From assembly GCA_002269645.1 (NCBI GenBank), contig NIVC01001716.1, positions 62,001 to 126,000 on the forward strand: a stretch of 64,000 nt of DNA, given 5' to 3'. Under the pieces are notes generated by a model. The model saw nothing but the letters and a program-made list of their open reading frames with translations. It did not search any database and was not told the origin of the DNA. Shown piece by piece: positions 24,567 to 37,700 of the stretch (position 1 is the stretch's first letter; each line of letters begins with the position of its first letter). Both the position numbers and the translations under genes were made by a program. This stretch comes from Macrostomum lignano (taxonomy: Eukaryota).

Positions 24567-25039
24567 AGATATGCAGCATCGGAGCCTGCAAATTAGCGGC
24601 ATTTTGGCGAGTTTTGCCGAGGGCACCACTGTCCATGGCATCGGCAGGCTGAGCCAGGGCCCCTCGGTCAAGAGGCTGCTGTGGTGCTGCATCGTGACCG
24701 CGGCCTGTGTGGGATTCAGTTTGCACCTGTCCGAGGTTGTGCAGCACTACCTGTCTTATCCCGTTGGCACCGAGTTTCTTGCCGACGAAGAGAATTTCCA
24801 GTTTCCCGACGTCACTTTCTGTCCGACTAATCTGATCTCGGATGACTACGGGCACGACCCGGTGCCCAGCAACTACAGCCTGCCAGGTGAGTTGGGGAAT
24901 GGCTTTGATGATATTTTGGTAAACCTATGGGAATGAGCGGAATCCCTTTAGAAACTTTTTGAAACCTTTGGGAGTCTTAGGGAAGCCTTAACAACCATCG
25001 GGACCTTAAGCCTGAAGGCTTAAGAACCTTCAGGATCTC

Positions 25040-25210
25040 AGGAAAATGTCCAGGGAGTGGCTTCAGGACCTCAGGGACAGGTCAGGGAGTGGCTTCAGGA
25101 TCTCAGGACAGGTCAGGGAGAGAGTGGCTTCAGGATCTCAGGACAGGTCAGGGAGTGGCTTCAGGACCTCAGGGACAGGTCAGGGAGTGGCTTCAGAACC
25201 TCAGGGACAG
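25040..25210. repeat. ~32-bp minisatellite, ENaC intron 1
   Basis: Unit CAGGGAGTGGCTTCAGGACCTCAGGGACAGGT. Confidence 0.8.
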
Positions 25211-26538
25211 GCTATGGTAAGAATTAACCGTGAACTATTAAATAAACCTATGCATCGAACCATGCAAGCCACGACAGGTTTCTCTTCAGCATGATTTAAG
25301 ACTTGGCCCGTTTCTACTTGCAACTCTCGGTGCCGAACGAGAACACGTCGGTGCCCCGCATCGCCTTCAGCGCCTACGCTGACGGTCGTCTGGCGTTGAA
25401 GAACTTCTCCTACAGGGGCAAGTACTTCCAGGAGCCGTACGAGACTTTCATTTACTGTCGGTTCAACTCCGCCCGTGCGACTTCCGGAACTTCACAGTAT
25501 ACAAGGATGAGCAGAGGTGACTGGCGGATTCATTACACCGTTATTTATTTTTAGAGTGACTCAATGGGTGCCAAGAGTGACAGAGGGGCTGCAAGGAACC
25601 ACAGGGAATCCCAGCCCAATAAAAATGAAACCTATTCGTAAAGCCAAGAAGCGTTCCACAGTCAATTGCGTCGCCCCAGAGTCGGTTCAGAGGTAAAATT
25701 GGAAAGAAGTGACTTTGAAACGACTCTAACATGACAAGATGTCACGGTACAAGTCGTCAAAGAGTCGCCCAAGAATCTATTTGAAGCGTTTTTTATTGTC
25801 TGCGACCTTGAAACGACTCTGGGTCGATGGTATAACGTCTCAAACTCTGGGCAGTAGAGTCGATCTGAGGCGTGCCGCGGAGTCGCTGTAGAGTCACTGA
25901 TTTGTGTTTGAAGCGCGTTTGCGTCGCTTGATAAATCAGAGTCATCTCTAGCGAAAGTTCAGCGTTCAACACAACGATTCTTGGACGACTCTTTTACGAT
26001 TCTACAGCTCACAACTCGCGTGACGCGTTTGTGACGCAACAGTCGGTCGCCTCTCCGTCGCATTAGACGCGTTTGAGTCGTTAAAAAGTCGCAAGAACCG
26101 CCCCAGAGTCACTACAGAGTTGTTTTCAATTACTCTATAGCGATTCTGGTCATGGTAACGCTTTTAACGGGCAGGAGTGACCGGTCATTCCAGAAGAAGT
26201 CATTCCAGGAGTACACTCTTGGATCTCGTAGATTACAATTTATATCATTGTATTTTCGATATAAGCTCGCATTTCAATTTAGATTTGGACATCAGATATT
26301 CGAAGTTTTCATTCCAAATTACGAGCAAAAATTCGAATTCAGCGTGCCAGCAACCCATCTAAAACCTCCTAGGTTTCTCTGCATGACTTTCAAGCCAAGA
26401 AATCGAACGGTTGTTCGTGCAGGCAGCGGAAACGGGTTGTACGCCTTGCTGATGAGCAAGTCGCGATCGTTCCTGACCGAAAAGAGCAGATTGACTATGT
26501 GCCTGGCTTTTCCATGGCGCTGCACGAAACAGGTAATC

Positions 26539-27482
<944 letters not shown>

Positions 27483-27484
27483 AG

Positions 27485-27666
27485 ATACAATTCCCCAATC
27501 TGTACAATTCCCAAGCTGTACAATTCCCTAATCTGTACAATGCCCAAACTGTACAGTTCCCCAATCTGTACAATGCCTAACTTGTACAATTCATTAATCT
27601 GTACAATGCCCAAGCTGTACAATGCCCAAGCTGTACAATTCCCCAATCTGTACAATGCCCAAGCTG
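27485..27666. repeat. ~16-bp minisatellite
   Basis: Unit CTGTACAATGCCCAAG / CTGTACAATTCCCCAAT. Confidence 0.8.
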
Positions 27667-30129
27667 CACTATCCCTTAATCCCGTGAGAAAAGAGCAAAC
27701 CAGCATCGGGCAAAGCACACAAAGTTTACTTGCTCTGATTTCCAATTCAGAACTCCAGGTGAGAGATTAGGGATTCTGTGCTAAAAAACTGAAAACCTGT
27801 CTCACTCATCCAGCGATAATTGCAAGACCTACCATTGTAGCGTCCTTCTGCGTGTGCTTTAGCTGTCCATGCCTAAACCTGTCTCTTATTATAGCTATTA
27901 TATTTGTTTAAAAAATCCTTAAAATGTTTATCCACGCTACTTAAAGTACGAGAACCAGCATATAGCAAGCTCTTTTGCGGCCGATTTGTTTTAGCAGCAC
28001 TGAATCTGTTTCGCGAGTCGCTGAGTTGCGGACTTTTAAATATTATTTTCTATTTTCTTTGCCAAACTATGGAACCAAAATTTATTTTGCCTTGTTATAA
28101 ATAAAAATCATTCATTCTGAACTAAAAAACTCTCTCTTCTGGAAGACAAACCAGTCTGGTATTTAGCCAAAAGAAAACATGTTCGACTTCTGTTCTCCCG
28201 GTTCCGCCGGGTGGAGAGTGTGCGAGGGGAATCTCTCTCTAGTTTCTCCCATGCAGTCCCCAGTTCTCTTCGTCTAGCTTCCCAAGCCTCTAAAGCTCGT
28301 TTCCCCGCGGACGAAGGCAATGAGATTAAAAAAATGGGGTAGCCAAGTCCAAGCAACGGGAGCACGAAGGAGGGATTTCGGCTCACCCGCTTGAGCTGGA
28401 GGGGTGGAGAATATTCGGAGGCCAGCCATGCAGAAGGAAGACCCTGACTCAGGCCTGAGCACCGCCTCTCCAGCCAGCCCTACCTTTTCTTGGGAGGAGG
28501 GGGGTGGAGGGAAGGGGCAGAGGCTTCGTGAGCGCCATCCCAGCTCCTGCTCACAGTAAGAAGGGGATCCAGTAGCCATAGGTATACAGACAGAGAGCGC
28601 CATATCAGCTGCGAGGGTTGGGGTGTGGGAGGTGCCGGGAAGACGCTCGGCGAGGAGAAGGAGAAGAAAAATCTGGCGGGTGGGGCCGAGCCTTTTAGAC
28701 CGGCAGCCAGGAACCGCCGCCCTCTACCCCCGGTCTCTCCCTCCCGTCCTTGCTCATTCCAGACCAGTCACCGCCAGTCTCAGCATCCGCCATCAACCCC
28801 CCCTCTCTATGCTCTCCAGCTGCAGAGAGAGCAGTTTGGCACCCGCTGGCTGTCTGGCTCCTCCCGCAGCTCCCCTCCCCTAGGGAAGTCAGCAGAAGTA
28901 CAGAAGAGCAGGGAGCAGAGATAAGCTTTGAGTAGAGACAGAGGAAGAGAGCGGCGAGGCGACTGTACACCGCTGCAGAGGCCTGATAGCAGTGCAAAAA
29001 TAGTACACGCCAAGCAAGGCTAGGACTGGGGGATTATTGCACGGGAGAAAACGAAGGGGAAAGCTAGGCCTGAGCTGCCTGACCCTGCGGCACCTGGAGC
29101 CTAATTCCCTTGCAAACTGCTGCTAGCTATAAGGCCTGTTGCTTGAGCAGCTCTGCTGATAAAGACATGCATAGAGAGGATCTTTGCCCCACGGCATCCG
29201 GGTGACGCGAGAGATCGATTCAGAAGGCGGCCGGCTGGGGGCGAACTAAGCGAATTACAGCAGCTGGCGGCTCAGTACTAACCGGATGAGCATGAGAAGG
29301 TTATGGATAATTCAGAGACAGGCTGGATAGATAGACTTGCTGCAGAGGGCCGAGAACAGATTAGCGGGGACATACAGTATAGCTAGCTAAAAATAGCGCA
29401 TAGACTAGCAAAGCCTACTAGAAAAAAAGGCAAACAAAAGACATCCAGCACCATGACAGATTTTCATGTGGCTTCAATCAAGCACAACTTTAATATTTTA
29501 GTTAAATAATTATCGTATACATATATATATATGTAAATATTAACTTTGACATAATATCATATATAAATAGACGCACAAAAACACGCACGTGAAAACTTGA
29601 AGATCTGTGCGCAGCAGAGCAGAGTTCGCAGATAAAAACTTCAGAGAGAACGGATCGTTGCACTTTATTGTAAAAAAGTACATCGAATAGTGCAAGCATT
29701 GATTTGCTTATGCGTTTTTTGAAGTACTATTTTACCGCGGCACTGAACTTGTGGGGAGTCAAATGACAGGCAAATTATAATTCACTTTCAACACAGGAGA
29801 TAAGCGGGCCTACAAGCGGCTAGATGTATAAATAGCTCACAACTATGTAGATAGATATATGCGTATCAGACTAGTGCAAGCACAAAGCGTACTATTAAGC
29901 TTGCGAGAACACAGAAAACCTTATTAAATTTGCACATTAATTGACACAAAGCACACACTAACTCATTATTATGATTATCTGTAAGACATGGAACCTCTGC
30001 ACTGTGCAGACTGCCAACGGGAGTGCAACAATAAAATGCTGCTGCAACTGTGCCAGCGAGATTGCAATCAGGAGAGGACACCGTCAGAATTCCGAGGACA
30101 GGAGACAGACATCTGAGGACAAGATGGCA

Positions 30130-30862
30130 GAAATCCGAGCACAGGAGACGGCAATCTAAGGACAGGAGACGGCAATCTAAGGACAGGAGACGGCAATCTA
30201 AGGACAGGAGACGGCAATCTAAGGACAGGAGACGGCAATCTAAGGACAGGAGACGGCAATCTAAGGACAGGAGACGGCAATCTAAGGACAGGAGACGGCA
30301 ATCTAAGGACAGGAGACAGAAATCTAAGGACAGGAGACGGCAATCTAAGGACAGGAGACGGCAATCTAAGGACAGGAGACGGCAATCTAAGGACAGGAGA
30401 CGGCAATCTAAGGACAGGAGACGGCAATCTAAGGACAGGAGACGGCAATCTAAGGACAGGAGACAGAAATCTAAGGACAGGAGACGGCAATCTAAGGACA
30501 GGAGACGGCAATCTAAGGACAGGAGACGGCAATCTAAGGACAGGAGACGGCAATCTAAGGACAGGAGACGGCAATCTAAGGACAGGAGACAGAAATCTAA
30601 GGACAGGAGACGGCAATCTAAGCACAGGAGACGGCAATCTAAGCACAGGAGACGGCAATCTAAGGACAGGAGACGGCAATCTAAGGACAGGAGACAGAAA
30701 TCTAAGGACAGGAGACAGAAATCTAAGGACAGGAGACAGAAATCTAAGGACAGGAGACAGAAATCTAAGGACAGGAGACAGAAATCTAAGGACAGGAGAC
30801 AGAAATCTAAGGACAGGAGACAGAAATCTAAGGACAGGAGACAGAAATCTAAGGACAGGAGA
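30130..30862. repeat. 21-bp minisatellite
   Basis: Unit CTAAGGACAGGAGACGGCAAT; source of the RRRQSKD ORF. Confidence 0.95.
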
Positions 30863-31711
30863 CATGCATCTTTCAGGTCATAAAACAATATTACCAATGA
30901 CAGAGCAGATCTGGCGGTTGAGAAGTTGCTCAAACAAAAAAGAAGACAAAAAAGCATAAATACACCAGTGTAAAAAGCAGTTACGCCAGTAGAAGCAGAA
31001 GCGAATTCGAAAGAGAGACGCATCGCCAAGCAGCAGGGCGAATACTGCATAGCAACTAGCTTGATAACTGCTATAGTGACTAGATATAATTAAAAAAAAT
31101 TGAGGAACTCAAGGTTAAGGGTAGGTGAGAGAAGGGTAACCGCTATTCAAAATCTATTGTAAAATTGTATTGTAAAACTCTCATTGCAATCAGCAACAAC
31201 AGAAATAAAAGCAACAAGTGCGCGCACTGTCGGGGCACGGGGAAAAACAAAGCGACTAGAAATTAGCTCTTATTCGCGAACTGGGACAACCGCAGCTGGC
31301 TAGGCTATATCATTGATAAATAAGTAATTAGCAAACACACAGAAACCGAGGGACGCACTCAGATAGACAGCTAATATTACAGTTTTAAAACAGATGTTTA
31401 AACAGTACAGTACACACACAAGAGCGGAGACAACACGGAGAGAAAAAACGAAAAAACGGCGATTGGCTTTTTACTATTTTTATAGTTGTTAGCCATTGGG
31501 TAAACGGCGAGAGTAACTATAACTGTCTTAATAAACCGAATTGCCTCGTCATTTAATTTCCATGATAATTAGTCATTAAAACCAACTCCAGATAATGATA
31601 GGACAGGCTGACTACTGAAAATACTTTGTATGTATCCAGAAAAAAACAAAAATCGTCTTGTGATGATTGAATTTAAGTCTGCCGTTGCTACGCCGTTGCT
31701 AATTGCGTCGT

Positions 31712-34700
31712 TTAGTCGACAACAGCCTGGTCTGACCCGCCAGTGGCGCCCTCCTCAATCTCGGGACTGTAAAACGACGGCTCAGCGTTCCGGCCTGACT
31801 TCAGCTTGGCTTTGCTCTTCTTCAGCATTGAGGCGCGCAGGGCGCTGCGCAGGATTACAACCTGGCCGCTGGACTGCACCCACGGCTCGCCATCGATCTG
31901 CGGTGCGGGAGGGAAGGCTGACTGCTTAGTCTGAGGATCTGGGAGGCTGACTGCTTAGTCTGAGGATCTGGGAGGCTGGCTGCTCAGTCTGAGGATCTGG
32001 GAGGCTGGCTGCTTAGTCTGAGGATCTGGGAGGCTGGCTGCTTAGTCTGAGGATCTGGGAGGCTGGCTGCTTAGTCTGAGGATCTGGGAGGCTGGCTGTT
32101 CAGCCTGAGGATCTGGGAGGGTGCTAGCTCAAGGACTTTACAGAACTGAAGTAACAGTAGATCTGTCCAATGACGTATTTAGCTACAGTCTCACTTAAGC
32201 AGCTCAATGCACAAATTAGGTTGGCAATGATTGCTGGCACTGGAGTCTGCTACCCAGATTAGGGATAAAATATAGCCAAATGGTCTCTGAACCGGACCAA
32301 ATGATTAGTGGAACGTGTGGCCAGCTCAAAAAGCCGCTGCTCAAGGGCGGGGCCGCTAAACTGTGAGTACCAGGGGGGGAGGGGGCAAGTGGCGAAAGAG
32401 AAGAGATATGAGCAACAATAAAAACACGGCAAAAAACAGACAGACCCTCCCGCCAGTCGATCTCCCCAGGAAATGGGATAAAAAGAAGACAAGCAAAAAT
32501 TAACCCAGAGGAAGAGAGAGATTTTGCTTTTTCTGCCTGCTAAGAGGAGTCTAAATTTAGCAGCCAAGCCTTACAAACTGCCGGAAAGAGAGACCCGCAC
32601 ACACACAAGTGCCTCAATTTCGTTGTGTACGCATGAGAGATTAAAGCAGCATTAGTAGCTAAGCTTTTGGCACAATTCAGTGAAATTGTACAGAATAAAA
32701 ATATATAAGGAGCATTAACTACCAAAGCAAAAAACTGTAAAATTTAGCTTAGATACTCGTATATATAGAGACTGTCTGTCTTTGTCCTTATATGGTGTGA
32801 GCAGACAGTGAGCAGTGTGTGAGCAGACATTGTGAGCAGTGTGTGAGCAGACATTGTGAGCAGTGTGTGAGCAGACATTGTGAGCAGTGTGTGAGCAGAC
32901 ATTGTGAGCAGTGTGTGAGCAGACATTGTGAGCAGTGTGTGAGCAGACATTGTGAGCAGTGTGTGAGCAGACATTGTGAGCAGTGTGTGAGCAGACATTG
33001 TGAGCAGTGTGTGAGCAGACATTGTGAGCAGTGTGTGAGCAGACATTGTGAGCAGTGTGTGAGCAGACATTGTGGGCAGTGTGTGAGCAGACATTGTGGG
33101 CAGTGTGTGAGCAGACATTGTGAGCAGTGTGTGAGCAGACATTGTGAGCAGGTGTGAGCAGACATTGTGAGCAGTGTGTGAGCAGTGTGAACAGTCTGCG
33201 AGCACCGCAGTGTATGCAGACAGTGTGAGCAGCAGCAGCAGGAGCAGTGAGAGCAGCACTGAGCACACCCAACAGCCAGAGCTGAGTGTTAATCAAAACT
33301 TGATCGAAATTAGCCGGCACGCGATGAAACTCGGGCAGACACGAGCGAGCACAAAAAAAATTGCACGACTCTGGCCGGCTGGAGATGCGAGTCGCGAGTA
33401 TCCCAAAAAATCCGCATCATCTCCTTGCTTGTCCTTTTCTATCTGCCCGACCCGCCTTTTTCTAGTGCCAGTTTCTCAGTCCAAAGCAGACTGGCAGGGC
33501 TATCGCTTCACCGTGCCTCAGTAGGAAAAAGGAGATTAAATAATATTTTGTCTTGCACATCCTATCGGTCTTTTACTATAGTAGAAGGGCGTGAGTAATT
33601 GATAATAATTCCTGAATCAACTTTTCAAATTAAGCGAAGGCGATGGAAGCGCTCACCTGCACGGGAATGTCGGCCTTCAGCGTGATTTTTATGTGACCGC
33701 CCTGGGCCAGTCGGCTGCCCGAGCGGAGGCCGCTGAATATCTGCGGGTGGGCGATAAGCGTGCAGGCAGTAGAGGGTCTGCTCATTGGGCTGTGGGGCGC
33801 ACAGTGGGGCAGAGGAACAGACAGACAGCCACCCCACTCCACACGCAGTGGGGCAGAGGAACAGACAGCCACCCCACTCCACACGCAGTGGGGCAGAGGG
33901 ACAGACAGCCACCCCACTCCGCAAGCACAGTGGGGCAGAGGGACAGACAGCCACCCCACTCCCGCACGTACAGTGGGGCAGAGGGACAGACAGCCACCCC
34001 ACTCTGCACGCAAAGTGGGCCAGAGGGACAGACAGCCACCCCACTCCCGCACGTACAGTGGGGCAGAGAGACAGACAGCCACCCCACTCACACACAGCTG
34101 CAACCAACCTGTCCCATGTGCACCATGCCGGTGACGCCGACCACTTCAAGCTGGCCGTCCCAGTGGTTCGGCCGGTTGAAATTGTCGTCCTTCTCGGTGC
34201 CCCACGGATTCGCCCCGCTGGCCCAGGACAGAATGTTGAGGATAATAATCCCTTCTAGCGGCGGCAAGTCGATGACTTTGCCATCAACCTCAACGATAAT
34301 CTGCCTGTGCAAATCCTTGCAGCTGCCTTTGTTAATCATTTTTCTAACGCTCATCTTAAAGTACACGCCCTTGTTATGAAAACGGGAGTTGAACTTTGAA
34401 GGATTCTCGTTGCGGGCCAGGTGGAAGTCCAGAGAGACGTCGGCGTCCAGACCTGCGGCAGAAAGGATTAGCGAAAATTCTCTCAATTCGTGGTTGAAAA
34501 ACACAAACCAAATTCGCCTGACTGTTTCATTTCCCTAAGCAAATGGGAACACGAAGTTCCCTGTGGAGCCGTCCACTCTTTCTCCAACCCAAGGCAGCCA
34601 GAACTAAGAAAGAAAGAGCAAGAGAAGCGGGAAGGAGCGGGTACATCCAATCAACAGGCCGATTCCCTCGCACCAGCCAGTATTCCCAATTTCCCGGATG

Positions 34701-37700
34701 AATTTGCCACGGCCAATCAATCAATTAATCAATAAATAAATAAAATTTTCCAAGTCACAAACCGGCCCCGACTCATAAGATTAAATATAAATGGCCAATC
34801 TAACCTGGTTACGGTCTGCCAGTTTCTATGGCACCTCCTGTCACCCATACTTAGCACTCCCGTTCACCCATACTTAGCATCCCGTTCACCCATACTTAGC
34901 ACTCCCGTTCACCCATACTTAGCACTCCCGTTCACCCATACTTAGCACTCCCGTTCACCCATACTTAGCACTCCCGTTCACCCATACTTAGCACTCCCGT
35001 TCACCCATACTTAGCACTCCCGTTCACCCATACTTAGCACTCCCGTTCACCCATACTTAGCACTCCCGTTCACCCATACTTAGCACTCCCGTTCACCCAT
35101 ACTTAGCACTCCCGTTCACCCATACTTATTAACCCTGTCGCCCATACTTATTAACCCTGTCGCCCATACTTATTAACCCTGTCGCCCATACTTATTAACC
35201 CTGTCGCCCATACTTATTAACCCTGTCGCCCATACTTATTAACCCTGTCGCCCATACTTATTAACCCTGTCGCCCATACTTATTAACCCTGTCGCCCATA
35301 CTTATTAACCCTGTCGCCCATACTTATTAACCCTGTCGCCCATACTTATTAACCCTGTCGCCCATACTTATTAACCCTGTCGCCCATACTTGATACTCCC
35401 TGTCACCCATATTTTGTACCCCCTGTCACCTATATTTAATAACCCCTGTCACCCATACTTGGTACTCAGTATAACCCATATTAGTACCTCCTGTCACCCA
35501 TGCTTCACTGCACCTGCAGACAACAGGCCTAGAAGGATAACAAATCTCCAGCCTTTGCGTGCTAATCGGTCCGAAAGTCAGTCAAGCTTCTCCAGTTCCG
35601 GATAACATCCGGACCAACCCCCTGCAGTCTGTCGGCAACACCTTGATGACACAACCCTGCACTGGCATAATTTATGTGCCATATACAAGAAAGTCGCGGC
35701 AGTGACGCCCTCGAACGCCCCCGCAGCTCACCGATGCCGAAGTAATTATTCATAACGAATATGCTAGCATTGTCCTCGTTTGTGTTGGCGGCGTTGCTTT
35801 CGTATTGCAGCTGCACTTTGGTCTCGTCCTTCTCCTTCTCCTCCGGGTGGAAGATCACCGTCCATCTGCCCGTGAGGGGGTTAGAGGTGTTAATCAGCAT
35901 GCCAATGATTGTAGTCTACTGGAGCTTTGTTTTATTCGACACATTAATTATCTTATGACTAAGAGCTGAGTATCTCATGACTGACTAACAGGTGAATATC
36001 TCATGACTGACTAACAGCTGAGTATCTCATGACTGACTAACAGCTGAGTATCTCATGACTGACTAACAGCTGAGTATCTCATGACTGACTAACAGCTGAG
36101 TATCTCATGACTGACTAACAGCTGAGTATCTCATGACTGACTAACAGCTGAGTATCTCATGACTGACTAACAGCTGAATATCTCATGACTGACTAACAGG
36201 TGAATATCTCATGACTGACCAACAGCTGAGTATCTCATGACTGACTAACAGCTGAGTATCTCATGACTGACCAACAGCTGAGTATCTCATGACTGACTAA
36301 CAGCTGAGTATCTCATGACTGACTAACAGCTGAGTATCTCATGACTGACTAACAGCTGAGTATCTCATGACTGACCAACAGCTGAATATCTCATGACTGA
36401 CTAACAGGTGAATATCTCATGACTGACCAACAGCTGAGTATCTCATGACTGACTAACAGCTGAGTATCTCATGACTGACCAACAGCTGAGTATCTCATGA
36501 CTGACTAACAGCTGAGTATCTCATGACTGACTAACAGCTGAGTATCTCATGACTGACTAACAGCTGAGTATCTCATGACTGACTAACAGCTGAGTATCTC
36601 ATGACTGACTAACAGCTGAGTATCTCATGACTGACTAACAGGTGAATATCTCATGACTGACCAACAGCTGAGTATCTCATGACTGACTAACAGCTGAGTA
36701 TCTCATGACTGACCAACAGCTGAGTATCTCATGACTGACTAACAGCTGAGTATCTCATGACTGACTAACAGCTGAGTATCTCATGACTGACTAACAGCTG
36801 AGTATCTCATGACTGACTAACAGGTGAATATCTCATGACTGACTAACAGGTGAATATCTCATGACTGACTAACAGGTGAATATCTCATGACTGACTAACA
36901 GCTGAGTATCTCATGACTGACTAACAGGTGAATATCTCATGACTGACCAACAGGTGAATATCAGGGCTAAATAAGAGCCAAATTTTAGCCATAAATCAAT
37001 CAACGCCTGTCAGTACACGATTTATCTCACCTGTCCAGCGTCACCACCTCCGCCTCGGCCACGTCCCTGAGTATGTTCAGGGGCAGTTCCTGGCCGGAGT
37101 AGCCGGAGCCCCAGCGCAGCACCCGGGACAGATCGTTGCCGGTGCCCAGAGGCACGATGGCCATAGGCGGATAGTTGCACTTGGCATCCGGGCCGACGTT
37201 GTCCAGGCAGCTGAGGGCCCAGCCAACCGTGCCGTCTCCGCCGCACACCAGGATTTTATAATAAGGAACTTGCCTGCGGAGATAGGTTAGTTAGGGCGAT
37301 TGTGTTAGGCGACTATATTGTGCTCATACGGACTAGAGCTCATTGGGAATGAAGCTCATTAAGAATGTAGCTCATTGGGACTGGAGTTCATAGGGACTGG
37401 AGCTCATAGGGACTGGATGGAGCGCATAGGGATTGTAGTTCATAGGGACTGCATGGAGCTCATAGGGACTGGAATTCATAGCGACTGGAGTTCATAGCGA
37501 CTGCATGGAGCTCATAGGGACTGGAGCTCATAGGGACTGGAGTTCACTGGGACTGGAGTTCACTGGGACTGGAGTTCATAGGGACTGGAGTTCATAAGAA
37601 GTAAAGCTCATAGAGAATGAAGAAAATGGGAGCATAGCGTTCAGGGGAATGAAAATAGTTCATAGGGTAATTAAATTTATGGGGAACTGAGTTGATCAGG

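Noticed and set aside
28000-29500. Coding or transposase remnant; shares a short motif with ~45370
   Set aside because: All frames are interrupted and no diagnostic motif was recognised; probably an unclassified repeat.
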